From contig JAMDHS010000058.1 of the NCBI GenBank assembly GCA_029717555.1, positions 62,001 to 126,000 of the forward strand: 64,000 nucleotides of DNA. The letters run 5' to 3'. Position 1 is the first letter of the stretch, and every line of letters begins with the position of its first letter. The notes beneath the pieces were generated by a model. It made no database searches. It saw only the letters and a list, made by a program, of their open reading frames with translations, and was not told the origin of the DNA. This DNA comes from Peribolospora baueri (lineage: Eukaryota). A program made the translations under genes and the position numbers. This document shows positions 36,266 through 47,626 of this stretch, piece by piece.

Positions 36266-37502
36266 CTCGTCCAACTACTCTCAGTGCCTCTGCTTCTATT
36301 TTTCAGAGATGTCAAGCCGTTCCCGCCAATGTGTACGGGGTGGTGAGGCAGCTGAGAAGAGGGAGGGGATTGGACGGGGTTGTGCACATGCGCGTGGAGG
36401 ACGGGCGAAGGTTGGGAGGGGCGCAGGACGGACGGTGTGTGAAGACGATGGGAAGTGGAAAAGGAGCGTCCAGCGGCCCAGGAGAAGAAGAGAAAAGGAG
36501 ACGGAAAGACGTATAGAGGGCGGAGAGGTGAGAATGTGGAGAGGAGAAAGACGACGGTGGGAGCTGCGACGACAGCAACCACGACGGAGGCCGATATCCG
36601 ATATCGCGGGGCGGTGTGATTGCCGCAGTCGCAGATGTTCTCCTGAGGACCACTTCGCCCTGCCCGGCCATGCGATGTCCTTCCGACTCGAACGCTCGCA
36701 CAGGCCAAGAGAGAGGAGAGAAACGGGGATGGGGACGGGGACGAGGACGAGGACGAGCGAGCGAATGTTTACCCGGGGCACAGTGCAGTGTTCGGTGACA
36801 CATAGTCTGATCTCGCCCTCTCGTCGCAACATCGGCGATCTCCCCCTAGCTTGCGCCCACCGCACCGCCTTCCGCCCGGCAACGTGTCATGGTCTTGAGC
36901 ATGGAGATATAATCGATACGCAAGGGTAGGAGGAAGTTGCTACGGCGTGGCCAACTCTGTCTTGCCTTGCTTCGGAGTTGGTTACGAGACGATGGCTTTC
37001 TTTACTGTCGCGTCTCGGGAGATGGGCAGCGTCAGGTGCGCCTTGCCTTGGGTTCCTGCCGCCGTGTGTCTTGCCCTCGTGCCTTGTGCACGGGCCACCT
37101 GAGAGGACGGCAGACTCATCGGACGGGGTGGGCCACGCACGACTAGAAAAGCCGGAGATGGACCGCGAGTTCGAACGGTGCGGGCGGGCGCCGTGAGCGT
37201 TCCGTGTTTCCTGCCTATCCTCGCTCGTACTCTTTCTTTCGTAGCAAGCTTGGACTCTCGTCTATTGCACAAGCGCGACGGCAGACGCCGCCCAAATCCT
37301 AATTTCGTAAAGAGTCCCCTGAAATGGGGGAGGAGAGAAGTCTGCCACTCCGACGCGACCCGACAATCCCATATCATCTATCCGTCCATTCCCGACAAGA
37401 GTAGAGTTCGTCTACCCACAAGGTCGACCAAATGTTTCCCTGACAAATAGCCCGCCGCCGACGCTGCGGCATTGTGCCGAGGTCGAATACGGGGGAAAAT
37501 GT

Positions 37503-40236
37503 CTAGCCGAGAAAAGCGGAATCGTCCAAGTCGACGCCGAATTCGCTCCTCGCCATCCTGAAGAAGCGACAAAGGGGGGGGGGGGGGGGAATGGACAAGC
37601 GAAGAAAGGAGGGACGAGTGAGCGTGTGCGGTGGGAGCGCCGCGCCGAACGCCAACGCCGTCTCTTCCCCACTGGCTCACCTCTGCAAACTCTTCTCCAA
37701 GTCATCCTCAAACCCGCCCCGTCCGGCCCCTTCCCGTCCTCCACCGTACCACCACCTACGAAACCAAGCGATCCAATTGGACGCATAAAAGGCAACGTCA
37801 ATGACCAGAAGCGTGAATCGAAAGCGGAAGTAGACCAGTCGATCGTCGAACCAGCTCTTCAGTCGGGTCCGGAGAGCCTGATGAGGCGCGCCACCCGTTT
37901 CGGTCGTCCAGAAGAGTTGAGAAGAGCGGGGCGTGTCAGAGGTCTGCAAGTAGCCGTCGGCGGCGTGTCTGGCGAGGATGTTGATCCGGTTCACCGGCGA
38001 GCCCAACACCTGGTTGTTCGCTTGGATGATCCTCATGGATCTCGAGACGAAGATGAGGGGCTTGGGGATCAGCTCGACGTTGGTGAGGAACGTCTTGATC
38101 TTTTCCTTCATCTCCCTTTGCAGCTCTAAATCCGTTTTCTGCATTCGCTCGCCGCCGCCCGCTTCCTCCTCCTCCATCTTCCTCTTCTCTTTCGTCTCTT
38201 TTGCCTGCCAAGGTCGGAGGAGCGTGACAGACGCGAATAGCTCGGCGTTTCCCACGCCCCATGAGGCGCAGATGCGCTCGACGGAGCGCAAGTCTTGAAC
38301 AAAGATGGCGCGCCAGAGGGAGGAGTAGGTCCTGCGGAAGGCGGGATCCAAGGAGACGTAGAGGCCGTGGTCAATGAGGACCACCTGGTGGTGGCCTTTC
38401 TTGCCGTTCGGGTGACGTCGGACGAGAATGTTGGCCGGATGCCCGTCGGCCCTGCGAAACGAGTATGAAATCGCAATTACGTCTTGAACGGCGACCCTTT
38501 CCCTTATTAGCTTCCCCTTTTTTACAACTTACTGTACGAATCCGTACTGGAAAATTTGCGCGGCAAAGACTTCACAAACACTCGTGACCACCGCCTTGAC
38601 GTCCAAACCCATCCCTTCAATCGCAGCCCGGTCGGTCATCGTACAAGCGCCATCGATCCACTCCATCGTGATCACCCTGGGCGTGCACAGGTCCGGGTAG
38701 ATCTTGGGCACGTACACTTTGCCGTCGCGAAGTGCCGGGTTGGGGTCGGAGAGGACATGGTTGCGGATCCGCTCCGAGTTGGCCGCCTCGATGTCAAAAA
38801 AGGTTTCTTGCTGTGAGAGCGAGGTTGGAGTGGGGAAGGGGCGTGCGCCATGGATCAGAGTAAAGCTCGGTGAGCGACGCCAATGGACCCTTCGACTCAC
38901 CTCCACCTGGTCCGAGATGTATTGAGCGGCGAAGGAGAGAGGAATCTCGAATACATGCTCTGTGCGCCCAGAAGCAGGAAAACACATGCGGCGGCCGGGC
39001 GGGTCATCTACCATTGAGGCGAGGCGAAAAGAAAAGGGGCCATGGTGCGACTCACCGTAGACGAACATGAGTGTCCTGTACGCCCATAGGTCCCACTGGG
39101 CGTGCCGACGAATGTCCGGCCTTTGCACCTTCACCGCCACTTCCTCCACCCGACCATCGGGCGTGCGTAGGAGAGCGTGATGGACCTGGGCGACAGACTG
39201 TCGAGCGTGAGTGGGTTAGGAAAAAGAGTGGTGAGCCGGCGAAGACGAATGGCGTGGCGCGACAGCACCAATCTACGGCGCGCTCCACTCACGGCGGCGG
39301 CCACCGGGACCTCATCTATGCTCTCAAACACCTCGCTCAGAGGCCTCCCAAACTCGGTCTCGAGCGTGCGCTCCACCACAGGCCAAGGCACGTGTTCGGC
39401 GTCGTCGAAAAGCTTGGACAAACGGCGGTACGGCTTGGGGAGGATGGCTGCCTGCACTCCGATCGCCTGGCCAAGCTTGACGTAGAGGCCGCTGGGGGAG
39501 GACGCGTCTCAGCTTGCCCATCCTGTCATGGTCGACTCTCTTACACGACGACGCAGTACCCACCCGTTCTTCTCGCACACATTCAATAAGCGTGCGGCCG
39601 CACGCTCGTGCAGAGCGTTGATGGACTCGAGAGAGTCGCGATCAAAGTTGAACCTTGTTATTCGTACCGTGCCAGTCAATCGGCACAGGTGTGAGTCGAA
39701 CACCTGAGACAATGCCCATCCCTGGTCGTTCGTTCGTTCGTCCGTTCATGCGACACTCACTTGTAATCCAAACCAATGAGCACGCCGTTATACACCGTCC
39801 TCGCGTTCCTCGCCAGCGTACGTTCGTTCCACCTGTTGTCCCAGTAATACAACGCCAAGCCGGAGATGGAGAGGAGGAGGAGGTTGCGTGCGGTGAGGAG
39901 ACGAGTGGCCTTTTCCTTCTTCTTCTTTTTCGGCGGGGAGGACGGTCCGTGTAGAGGTGGAGAGCCGCTGGAGACTACTCGCGAGGTGGAGCTGCTCCGC
40001 GCATGTCGAGCGAGCAAGGACTCTGCGGCGACTCGGTGAGGAACGAGGGACGAGAACGGTCTCGCTGGGGAGAGGTGGACGATGGACGACGGTTTTCCGG
40101 GCAGCGTCAGCTGCTGCGCAAGACTGCTGGCAGTACCGAAACGTGGACGCAGTCGAGAGGTGGGTGGCGGGGAGGAGAGTGAAGAGAATGCAGAGGGCGA
40201 GGCGACGAGGCGCGAAAGGGCGAACCTGTGCGCCAT
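37503..40236 (-). CDS. ABC1/UbiB-family atypical kinase, ADCK1/Mcp2(Cqd2)-like, mitochondrial, multi-exon
   Basis: IGLDYK|FNF...LHERAAARLLNVCEKNG|GLYVKLGQAIG (KxGQ), PVAAA|SVAQVH (A-rich loop), VAVKVQRP, MEWIDG, GFVQ|ADGHPANILVR, VLIDHGLY; ends MARSEFGVDLDDSAFLG*. Confidence 0.92.
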
Positions 40237-41494
40237 GAATGAGTCTGATGAACGACGGCAGACGTAACGTAACGGGCGACCTCAATCAAGCAAGCTTTGG
40301 ACGAGGGGCGACGGCTAGGACGAAAGAGAGACAATTTGAGATGGGGCGCACGGGGTGTTGGGATGAAGGAAGGAGTACATTTGTAGCTGCTCCGGTCCAG
40401 CTCGGTGCGGTGGCCGAGGTGGTGGTAGTGGTAGTGGTTCGCTGAGACCGACGCGACGCGCTTCGGCCGGCGCGGCCTCGATCGGCAGGCAGGCGAGCGG
40501 GGGCGGATGGCCGATTAGAAAACGTCAATGTCCCGCGAGTTCTGCTTGGAAAACACCAAAGAGTCCTCGGAGATCCAAAAGATATTGAGATTGACGAAGC
40601 AGGGAGAGAAGAGGAAAGAGGAGAGAGTCGGGAAGGCGAGGGACGACGGAAAACACTTGGTTCGTAACATTACAGAGTGATTTGAAAAGTCGGATGGATT
40701 GGATTGGTGGTTAGAAGGATGAATGGATGAATGGATGGATGGGGGGATGGTTCGAGGACACGCGAAGTAACGTATGTACGAGTGTGTTGTAGCGTCTCTA
40801 ACGAGGAGAGCCAACCCCCCCGGCGCGTTCGCTCGAGTCTCGTTCGCCCCTGTTATCGGTTTCGCTCCTCCTCGAACGAAGCAGCGATGGTCGGAATCGC
40901 AACAAGGCGAGTGAGCCAAGTTGGCGTTTCGGTTATGTTATTCCTACGAAGGGGATGGATAGTCGGGGTCAAGTCGACTTGACTGGGCAGATGGGGCGCG
41001 AAAACGGTACGGTGGATGGTAAAAAGCAGGAAGCAGTCATATTGACGTCGCCGGGCTGGTTTGGTTGGGTTGGGTGGTTAGGATGGACTATCAAAATTGG
41101 AGCGCGGATCGCGTGGGTCGACTTGTCAACTGAACCGAGCAGGTCGGGGAGAATAAGACAGAACGGAAACGGACGTGTGTGGAATGAAAACCAAAAGGTG
41201 ATGCCGATCAAAACCATGAATGGGGTTGGTTTGGGAGGAGCGAAAAATCAAGTGTACATATGTCGGTGCGAATGGGACGAAAGCGGACGGACGGATGGGC
41301 GGACGAGCGGGCAAGAGAAAGAAGACCGGACAGAGCAGGGAAGTCTTGAGGGGTGGATGAATAAACCAAGTATGGCGAACAGCGGAGCGGAGTGACCTTG
41401 ACGGGATGAGAAGTGATGCGGTGGTACCGGGTAGCGGATATCGTATATCGTGCGAACGAACGAATGAATGAAACGAACGCCGAAAGATCGATCG

Positions 41495-44400
41495 TCAGGC
41501 GCCGATCGCGGCGAAAGGCTGGAAGCCGCCGTCTCTGAGCGTGGGCGTGGGGCCTTGCGCTTGTCCGGACGGCGCCGTCGACCGCGCGGGCGGCGCGACG
41601 GATGTCGACCTAGATTGCTCCGCCGTCAACCCAGGCGGGAACGTGGAAGGGAGGCCAGCGGGCCCGTCGCCGAAAGGAGGGAACCCCGGAGGAGCGCCGG
41701 GCGTGCCCGTGCGGCCGTCGCTGTCTGCGGGTGCGGAAGGAAGACCGAAAGGCGGAGTAGAAGCTGTGCCTTGGCGTTGCTGCTGCAGTTGGGCGGCGGG
41801 CATGGAAGGCGCCATGTTGAAGCCGGACGGACCGGAGCGCGGAGTCTGCACCTTTGACGCGCTCATCGGACCAAAGGGGAAAGTGCTCGGTTGTCCGGCC
41901 GGAGTCGGCTGCAGGCTGACGATACAGTTAGGACCTGGCGGAGGAGGTGCGCCGGTCTGGAGGTACGACGAGCTCTGGGCGTGGGCGGGTTGGGGGAGCG
42001 TGACCGGAGGGAGGTTATTGGCGTTGTTGAGAGGGCCAGGGATCGAATTGGAGCGCACTCCAAGCGGGTTCTTGCTGTACGAGAGCCGAATGCCACCGCC
42101 TTTGACGAGACCGCCAAGGGTGTGGCCGTACAGGTCGTTGAGTGCCATGGTGGCATGCTGCACGTCGTCAAACTCGACAAAACACATTGGCCCGTTCCCT
42201 TTCTGCCGAAAGCAAAGCTGCCTGAACCCAACACACCGTCCGAACAAGGCCCTCAGGCCATCCTCAAGCTGTACGACGGTCTGTCCGGCGACGTTGCTCG
42301 GCAGGTTGCCGACGAACAGCGTCGTCCCAGGAGGGTTCTGGTCGGCCGGGTTGTTGGTACGTGACGCCCACGTCGGGCTCGGCAAACCAGGACTGGGGAG
42401 CGAGGTGGGGCTGGGCAGGCCTCCGGCGCCAGTCGGGACGGTCGCTCCTGCCCCACCATCGCCGCCGCCGCTGCCCGCTGGGGGACAACCACCACCGCTG
42501 CCGGAAATGGGAACAGCGTTGGAGGCGGCCGTGTTGAGGGACAAACCGCCGAGGCGCGACGAAATGTTTGCCGTGGGCTGAGCCTGTCGCTGAGCGGTGG
42601 TAGTGGCGGCGGCGGAGCTGGTGGGAGGGATCATGACGAACGCTCTGCTAGCGTCCCACGGCGGACTGGAGCCAGATTGACTGCCTGGGCCCCGATGCTG
42701 CTGCTGCTGCTGCTGCTGCAAGTCTTCCGGCTTAGGCATAGCACCAGGCGTGGCTGTGGGCGTCGCCTCGCTATCGCTGTTACCCGTGTCGCCCCGCGCC
42801 ACACTCGTAGCAGGCGTCTCGGGGGGACTACCCCTACTGGACGAAGTGGCGCCCGAGTCAAGGGAAGACTTTGCAGAGCGATGCTGGTGCTCCTCCTGCC
42901 AAAACGAGGACGTGAGTGGAATCGACGCCGCCGCCGGCGGCGGCGGGAGGTCGCGGACGAAATAATCCAACGGACCGGGACCAAAAGTCCACTGCTGCTG
43001 ATGATATCCATGTTGTTGTTGTTGCTGCTGCTGCTGCTGCTCGTTTCCGCGAACGTTTGACGAGCTGCGACTGGCGAGGCTAGAGTTGCTAGGCGCATTG
43101 CTCAAGCTTCGATGGCCTGGCGCCGGGCTCAGGCCTGCACTACCGCTTCGACCGAGGCCGAAGGCGTCTGCAGAGGTGCCGTGTCCGAGACTATCAGGCG
43201 GGGAAAGCAGCCCGGTCGCCGATCCCTCCAGGCCCAATGAGGGCCCTGGTCCCCCAGGGTGCGGAAAATGATGACCGAGGTGCTGCTGGTGTTGATGGTA
43301 CATGTCTGGAGGCGGCCCTCCCTGCTGCTGCTCCTGTTGCTGTTGTTGTTGCGACTGCTGCTGCTGTTGCTGAGGGAAACCGCCCGGAACGGGGCCGCCG
43401 CTGCCACCACTACCGAAGCCATACGAGTCTAACGATGGCATTCCAGGCGGCATGGGTCCACCTGGCGGGCCACCGCCGACAAGGCGTCCGTCTCGCTCTC
43501 GCTCATAGATCGGATGAATGTGGGAAGGACTCTGGGGCGGACCGACTCCAAGGGGCAGAAGCTTGTCCGCCCCGGGCGGTGGTGGCGGCGGCGGCGGCCC
43601 GCCCATGCCACCGTCTAAGACGGAGAGGCCGGAACCGGGCGGCGGGAGGGCGGGGTTGAGCGAAGCAGTGAGGGGAAGGGGCCTCTGCTTGGTGTGCAAG
43701 TTCTTCTTTGCCATCTCCGTCTTGAGCACGCACCCACGGTCGCTATCGACCCTCTTGCCATTGAGCGCGTCCCGCGCGGCGAGCGCCTCGTCGCGCGTGC
43801 GGAACTTGGCGAACCCGATGATCTGCTTCGTCTTGGCGCCCGGACCAGAGCTGTTCGGTTGCGGTCCCCCGGCACCAGACCCCAATCCGCCCAGTAAGGA
43901 GGAGAGAGAGTCTACGCCGGCCGGTCCACCGTTGCGTCCGAGCGCGACGGCCAGAGCGGCCGAAGCCTCGTCCCAGCCCTGCGATGTGCCTCCGGGCCCG
44001 ACGGTGGCGGAGAGAGAACCAATATCGAGCGGCGCGCCAGGAACGCGCACGTTGACCAAGTTGTACGCGCCGCCGATTCCGCCCATCGGAGCGGGTCCAC
44101 TGCCGGGTGCGGCACCCTCCGTCTTGCCCGCGAGACCAGCCGGAGGGTTGTTCCCGGCGGGGATCTTGAGCGTGGCGGCCTCGAAGCCAGGAGCGAAGAG
44201 GAACATGTTGTTGAACTCGCGCTCGGTCATGTCATCAGGGAAGCCGACGATGAAGACAGTGGTGATCTCCTCTGGCGGCAGAGGCCCGCTCGGGCCGCCC
44301 GAAGACGCCTGCGACTGTTGTTGCGGCGGTGGGGGAGGTTGTCCCTGTGGTTGTCCTGCGCCGAACTGGCTCAGCTGGGCGTCTCGCATCTGGTGGTGGT

Positions 44401-45799
44401 GGTGATGCTGCTGCATGAGTTGTTGTTGCTGCTGAGGTGTCAACAGGGTAGGGTTGATGACCGGTGGGTAGGGGTAATCGGGAGCGAGGCCGAGAAGAGG
44501 ATTGAGCTGCGGAGGGCCGCCGCGGAGATCCCGTCCGTGTTCGCGTTCCTTCTGTTCCCGTTCCCGTTCCCGCATGTTGGCCTGCTGTTGCAGAGCGAGC
44601 GCCTGCGCACGAAGCGGTTGTTGATGTTGCTGGTGGTGCTGGTGGTGGTGCTGGTGCTGATGGTGTTCGACCATCGGAGGCGACGCAAAGAAAGGGCGTT
44701 CCACCGAGAAGGGATCACGAACGGTCGCATCGCCGCCAGAAGATCCTTTTCCTTCCGAGACACCCGACCTGTCCACCTCTGCCGGCTGTCGCGTCGGGCT
44801 GAAAGGCTCAACGTGCGGGCTGAGAGAATTGGTGTTAGGTACGCCGAAGCCGTTCGGCGGGTGACCGCCGCTCGCAGCACCCTCGCTCCGACCCGGAGCA
44901 AGTCCGTTTGGTTGCAACGAGCCTGCGGGCGGCTGACCGGCGCCGCCGCTGAACAACTCCTTGGCGGCCCAGGAAGGCATGCCGGCGCCGTCACGAGCGC
45001 CGCGGATAGATGCACCCATCAAGTCGCTGTACCCGAGGAACGGATCGCGTGTGCCGGCACCGACGGCGTCGAGCCTGCTGCCGATCCCCGCGGCAGGGCC
45101 GAACTGGGGAGCGCTCGAAGGAGACTTGGCGTCGAGGCCGAAAGAGTGCAAACGTTTGAGAGAAGGAGGAGGTGCGTTGGCGGTCAGCGGGCCGTGACGA
45201 TGGAAGAGGTGATCTTGATCCGGCACGCCGGGGGAGTGGCTCTGAGGGCGGGAGGGGCCCGACCCGGCGTGTTCGGTTGGACCGAGAGCGTTGGCCCAGC
45301 TGGCGGAGTACCCGGGTTTACCATCGTGCTCGGGGGGAGAGGAGGAACCGTGAGCGGAGGGATGGCGATGTGGAGGAGAAGAGGTGGGGGGCGAAATCGA
45401 TGATAGGGAGGAAGGAGGCATGGGCGAGGAGGAAGCCATAGAAGAGACGGCGCCCTCGGTTAACTGTCGAGAGCGGAAAGGCGGAGGCGAAGAACGACGG
45501 GGACTGGAGGCGCGCTCGTTGACCAACGACGACGCGACCGAAGGCGAACAGGATCGGCCGGAGAGGGAGGAAGGCATGCGATGGAGGGGCGCGGTGGAGC
45601 GCGACGGGCCGTCGACGCCGAGCCAGACAGACGGCGGTGTGTCTGCGGACGAGGAGGAGTCGCCGACATGGGCGTTGAGACTGCAGCCACCACGGCCGAA
45701 GGAAGACTGGTTACCGTCGGCCACAGTCGCCGCCTGACCGTCCCACCCGTCCGCGGCGCTGCCCGGCTTCGCATCGGCGCCGACGTCCATCATCGTCAT
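41495..45799 (-). CDS. Whi3/Scw1-like RNA-binding protein with two RRMs and polyQ tracts; uninterrupted 1434-aa ORF
   Basis: C-terminal [21 protein letters not shown]...[56 protein letters not shown]-terminal [39 protein letters not shown]...[28 protein letters not shown]. Confidence 0.9.
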   Translation of the reverse strand: MTMMDVGADAKPGSAADGWDGQAATVADGNQSSFGRGGCSLNAHVGDSSSSADTPPSVWLGVDGPSRSTAPLHRMPSSLSGRSCSPSVASSLVNERASSPRRSSPPPFRSRQLTEGAVSSMASSSPMPPSSLSSISPPTSSPPHRHPSAHGSSSPPEHDGKPGYSASWANALGPTEHAGSGPSRPQSHSPGVPDQDHLFHRHGPLTANAPPPSLKRLHSFGLDAKSPSSAPQFGPAAGIGSRLDAVGAGTRDPFLGYSDLMGASIRGARDGAGMPSWAAKELFSGGAGQPPAGSLQPNGLAPGRSEGAASGGHPPNGFGVPNTNSLSPHVEPFSPTRQPAEVDRSGVSEGKGSSGGDATVRDPFSVERPFFASPPMVEHHQHQHHHQHHQQHQQPLRAQALALQQQANMREREREQKEREHGRDLRGGPPQLNPLLGLAPDYPYPPVINPTLLTPQQQQQLMQQHHHHHQMRDAQLSQFGAGQPQGQPPPPPQQQSQASSGGPSGPLPPEEITTVFIVGFPDDMTEREFNNMFLFAPGFEAATLKIPAGNNPPAGLAGKTEGAAPGSGPAPMGGIGGAYNLVNVRVPGAPLDIGSLSATVGPGGTSQGWDEASAALAVALGRNGGPAGVDSLSSLLGGLGSGAGGPQPNSSGPGAKTKQIIGFAKFRTRDEALAARDALNGKRVDSDRGCVLKTEMAKKNLHTKQRPLPLTASLNPALPPPGSGLSVLDGGMGGPPPPPPPPGADKLLPLGVGPPQSPSHIHPIYERERDGRLVGGGPPGGPMPPGMPSLDSYGFGSGGSGGPVPGGFPQQQQQQSQQQQQQEQQQGGPPPDMYHQHQQHLGHHFPHPGGPGPSLGLEGSATGLLSPPDSLGHGTSADAFGLGRSGSAGLSPAPGHRSLSNAPSNSSLASRSSSNVRGNEQQQQQQQQQHGYHQQQWTFGPGPLDYFVRDLPPPPAAASIPLTSSFWQEEHQHRSAKSSLDSGATSSSRGSPPETPATSVARGDTGNSDSEATPTATPGAMPKPEDLQQQQQQQHRGPGSQSGSSPPWDASRAFVMIPPTSSAAATTTAQRQAQPTANISSRLGGLSLNTAASNAVPISGSGGGCPPAGSGGGDGGAGATVPTGAGGLPSPTSLPSPGLPSPTWASRTNNPADQNPPGTTLFVGNLPSNVAGQTVVQLEDGLRALFGRCVGFRQLCFRQKGNGPMCFVEFDDVQHATMALNDLYGHTLGGLVKGGGIRLSYSKNPLGVRSNSIPGPLNNANNLPPVTLPQPAHAQSSSYLQTGAPPPPGPNCIVSLQPTPAGQPSTFPFGPMSASKVQTPRSGPSGFNMAPSMPAAQLQQQRQGTASTPPFGLPSAPADSDGRTGTPGAPPGFPPFGDGPAGLPSTFPPGLTAEQSRSTSVAPPARSTAPSGQAQGPTPTLRDGGFQPFAAIGA

Positions 45800-46581
45800 T
45801 GTTGCTCAGCTCAGCTCAGCTCACTTCACTTGCCTTCACTCGCACACGGGCCAGCCGACGCGCGCTTCGCTTGGCTACGCGTCGCCACGGACAACGACGG
45901 TCGATCAGGCGGAGGGAGGCTCGAAGGCGAGCGAGCGTGGCGACGAGCAAGCGGGGGAACGGTGTGTGTGTATGCGCGTGGACGTGCAGGGAGGAGAGGA
46001 GGAACGATGCCCACGGTCGGAGGACGTGCACGTCGGAACGGGTGACGGATGACGCGCGACGCGTAAAGGGGAGTTGGGTTATGCGTCTAGGTCCGGAGTC
46101 CGCGTCGCGACGTGTCAAGGGCCGGGGGAACGCGCGGGTGGAGGTGGAGAGGAGTGGTGGGAGGGAGAATGGTGAGTGGAGGGGGGAGGGGTTCGGTGGC
46201 CGGAGCTGGGAGGCAGGGGGGAAAGGAAGTGAACGGAGGGAGAGAGTAGAAGTTGAGGGGACGATGTGATGAGAGGTGAGATACGGAGGTGTGACGGAGG
46301 TGGTGGTGGTTTGTTGGTCGGCTGTTCGGAGGGGAAGGTCGGAAGGGGGGAAAGGAAAAGCGGGCCGATCGGAGTGGGCGCTTTACTGTTGATCCTCGCC
46401 CGCCACCCGACCACGACGCGCCCCGCTGCGGCCGCCACCTGCCCGCCGATTACAAACGTGGCATTAGAAAGGGTGCAGGAAGGGTAAGGGCCAGCTTCGG
46501 CTTTGAAATTGAATTGGGAAAGGCGGCGCCGGATGCGAGTCAGCCAGCCAGGCAGCGAAGCGAGCACGCCAGCGAGCCCGC

Positions 46582-46678
46582 CAGTCAGTCAGTCAGTCAG
46601 GCCATCCGACCGGCCCTCCTTGTCTCGTCCGTCCATCGAGTTGCAGTCGCAGCCACAGCCACAGCCACAGCCACAGCC
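46582..46678. repeat. Microsatellites (CAGT)~5 at 46582-46600 and (CAGCCA)~5 at 46650-46678
   Basis: Read directly in the upstream region of the Whi3/Scw1-like gene. Confidence 0.85.
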
Positions 46679-47285
46679 GACAACCACTCGACCGCCCAGT
46701 CAGCCAGCGAGTCCGCCAGCAAGCCGTTCCAGCTCCATTGGACGCACGCAGCCCTCAGACATCCGTGCCGTCAGTGTCACTCAGGTCAGCGCAAGAGCGC
46801 AATCGAGCTCAAAAAAAGACGGACGCGGAAATGGCGCACCGACGGAACAGCACGCGACGCCGTCGATGAAGAAGACCGAGGTGAAAGAGAAGACGAGACC
46901 GACAGACACACAGACAGACAAAAAAACCCACAGAACGATCGTCCGACGTCCGCTTTCACCGCGCACGTGACAAGCTTTTCGCCGCGCCCCACCCCGCAAG
47001 CCGACGATCTGTCCTGATGAGGAGCCGGATCCGACCGACATCCGTCGTTCCGCTTCTGCCAGCCGAGTCCGATCTTCCCCTAGCTGCAACTACTGCAACT
47101 TACGGACCCTTATCATCAAGTGAGCCATTTACAACGAGAAAAAAATAAACAAATAAACAAACAAACAACTATACGAAAGAAGAAAGAACCGGAAAGAAAA
47201 CATCAGCAAAACGTTTCCAAAAACGAGCGGCCGAAAAAAATAGACAGGGAACTACAACAAAAAGTGCGCAAACGAAAAATACAAC

Positions 47286-47291
47286 AAAAAA
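47286..47291 (-). terminator. RNA polymerase III terminator (T6) of the tRNA gene
   Basis: A6 on the + strand, one base beyond the tRNA discriminator base. Confidence 0.85.
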
Positions 47292-47292
47292 T

Positions 47293-47394
47293 TTCCCTTG
47301 CCGGGAGTCGAACCCGGGCCTTGACGGCGCCATAAGAAGGCGGTGTTAACCCTACAATGAGAGCGTCATGTCCTGGCCGTTGGACCACAAAGGA
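47293..47394 (-). tRNA. tRNA-Glu (anticodon CTC) with a 30-nt intron at canonical position 37/38 (47328-47357)
   Basis: Cloverleaf: acceptor TCCTTTG/CAAGGGA, D stem GTCC/GGAC, anticodon stem TGACG/CGTCA with loop CT-CTC-A^C, T arm CCGGG-TTCGACT-CCCGG; 72 nt after splicing. Confidence 0.97.
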
Positions 47395-47626
47395 CTATGT
47401 CTGGTGGCTTGAATTTTATAATATGACTGGTGTTGTACGGCCTGCACCGCCGTTCGAAAACAAGTTTACGCAGGCTGGCACTATAGCTCCACTCAAAACC
47501 TTCTCGCTCCACTTCAAGCCATGCCGACGACGGGACGGAAGCGACCTCGCGGATCTCTATCCGTGCGTATCCATATGCATTGCACCACCGATCGACTGAA
47601 CGGAATGAACGATAACGTAACGAAAA

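Noticed and set aside
34307..45403. Long antisense or alternative-frame ORFs (e.g. 34307-35410 +, 41541-42581 +, 44318-45403 +)
   Set aside because: They are shadows of GC-rich coding sequence on the opposite strand, with R/G/A-biased low-information translations and no motifs.
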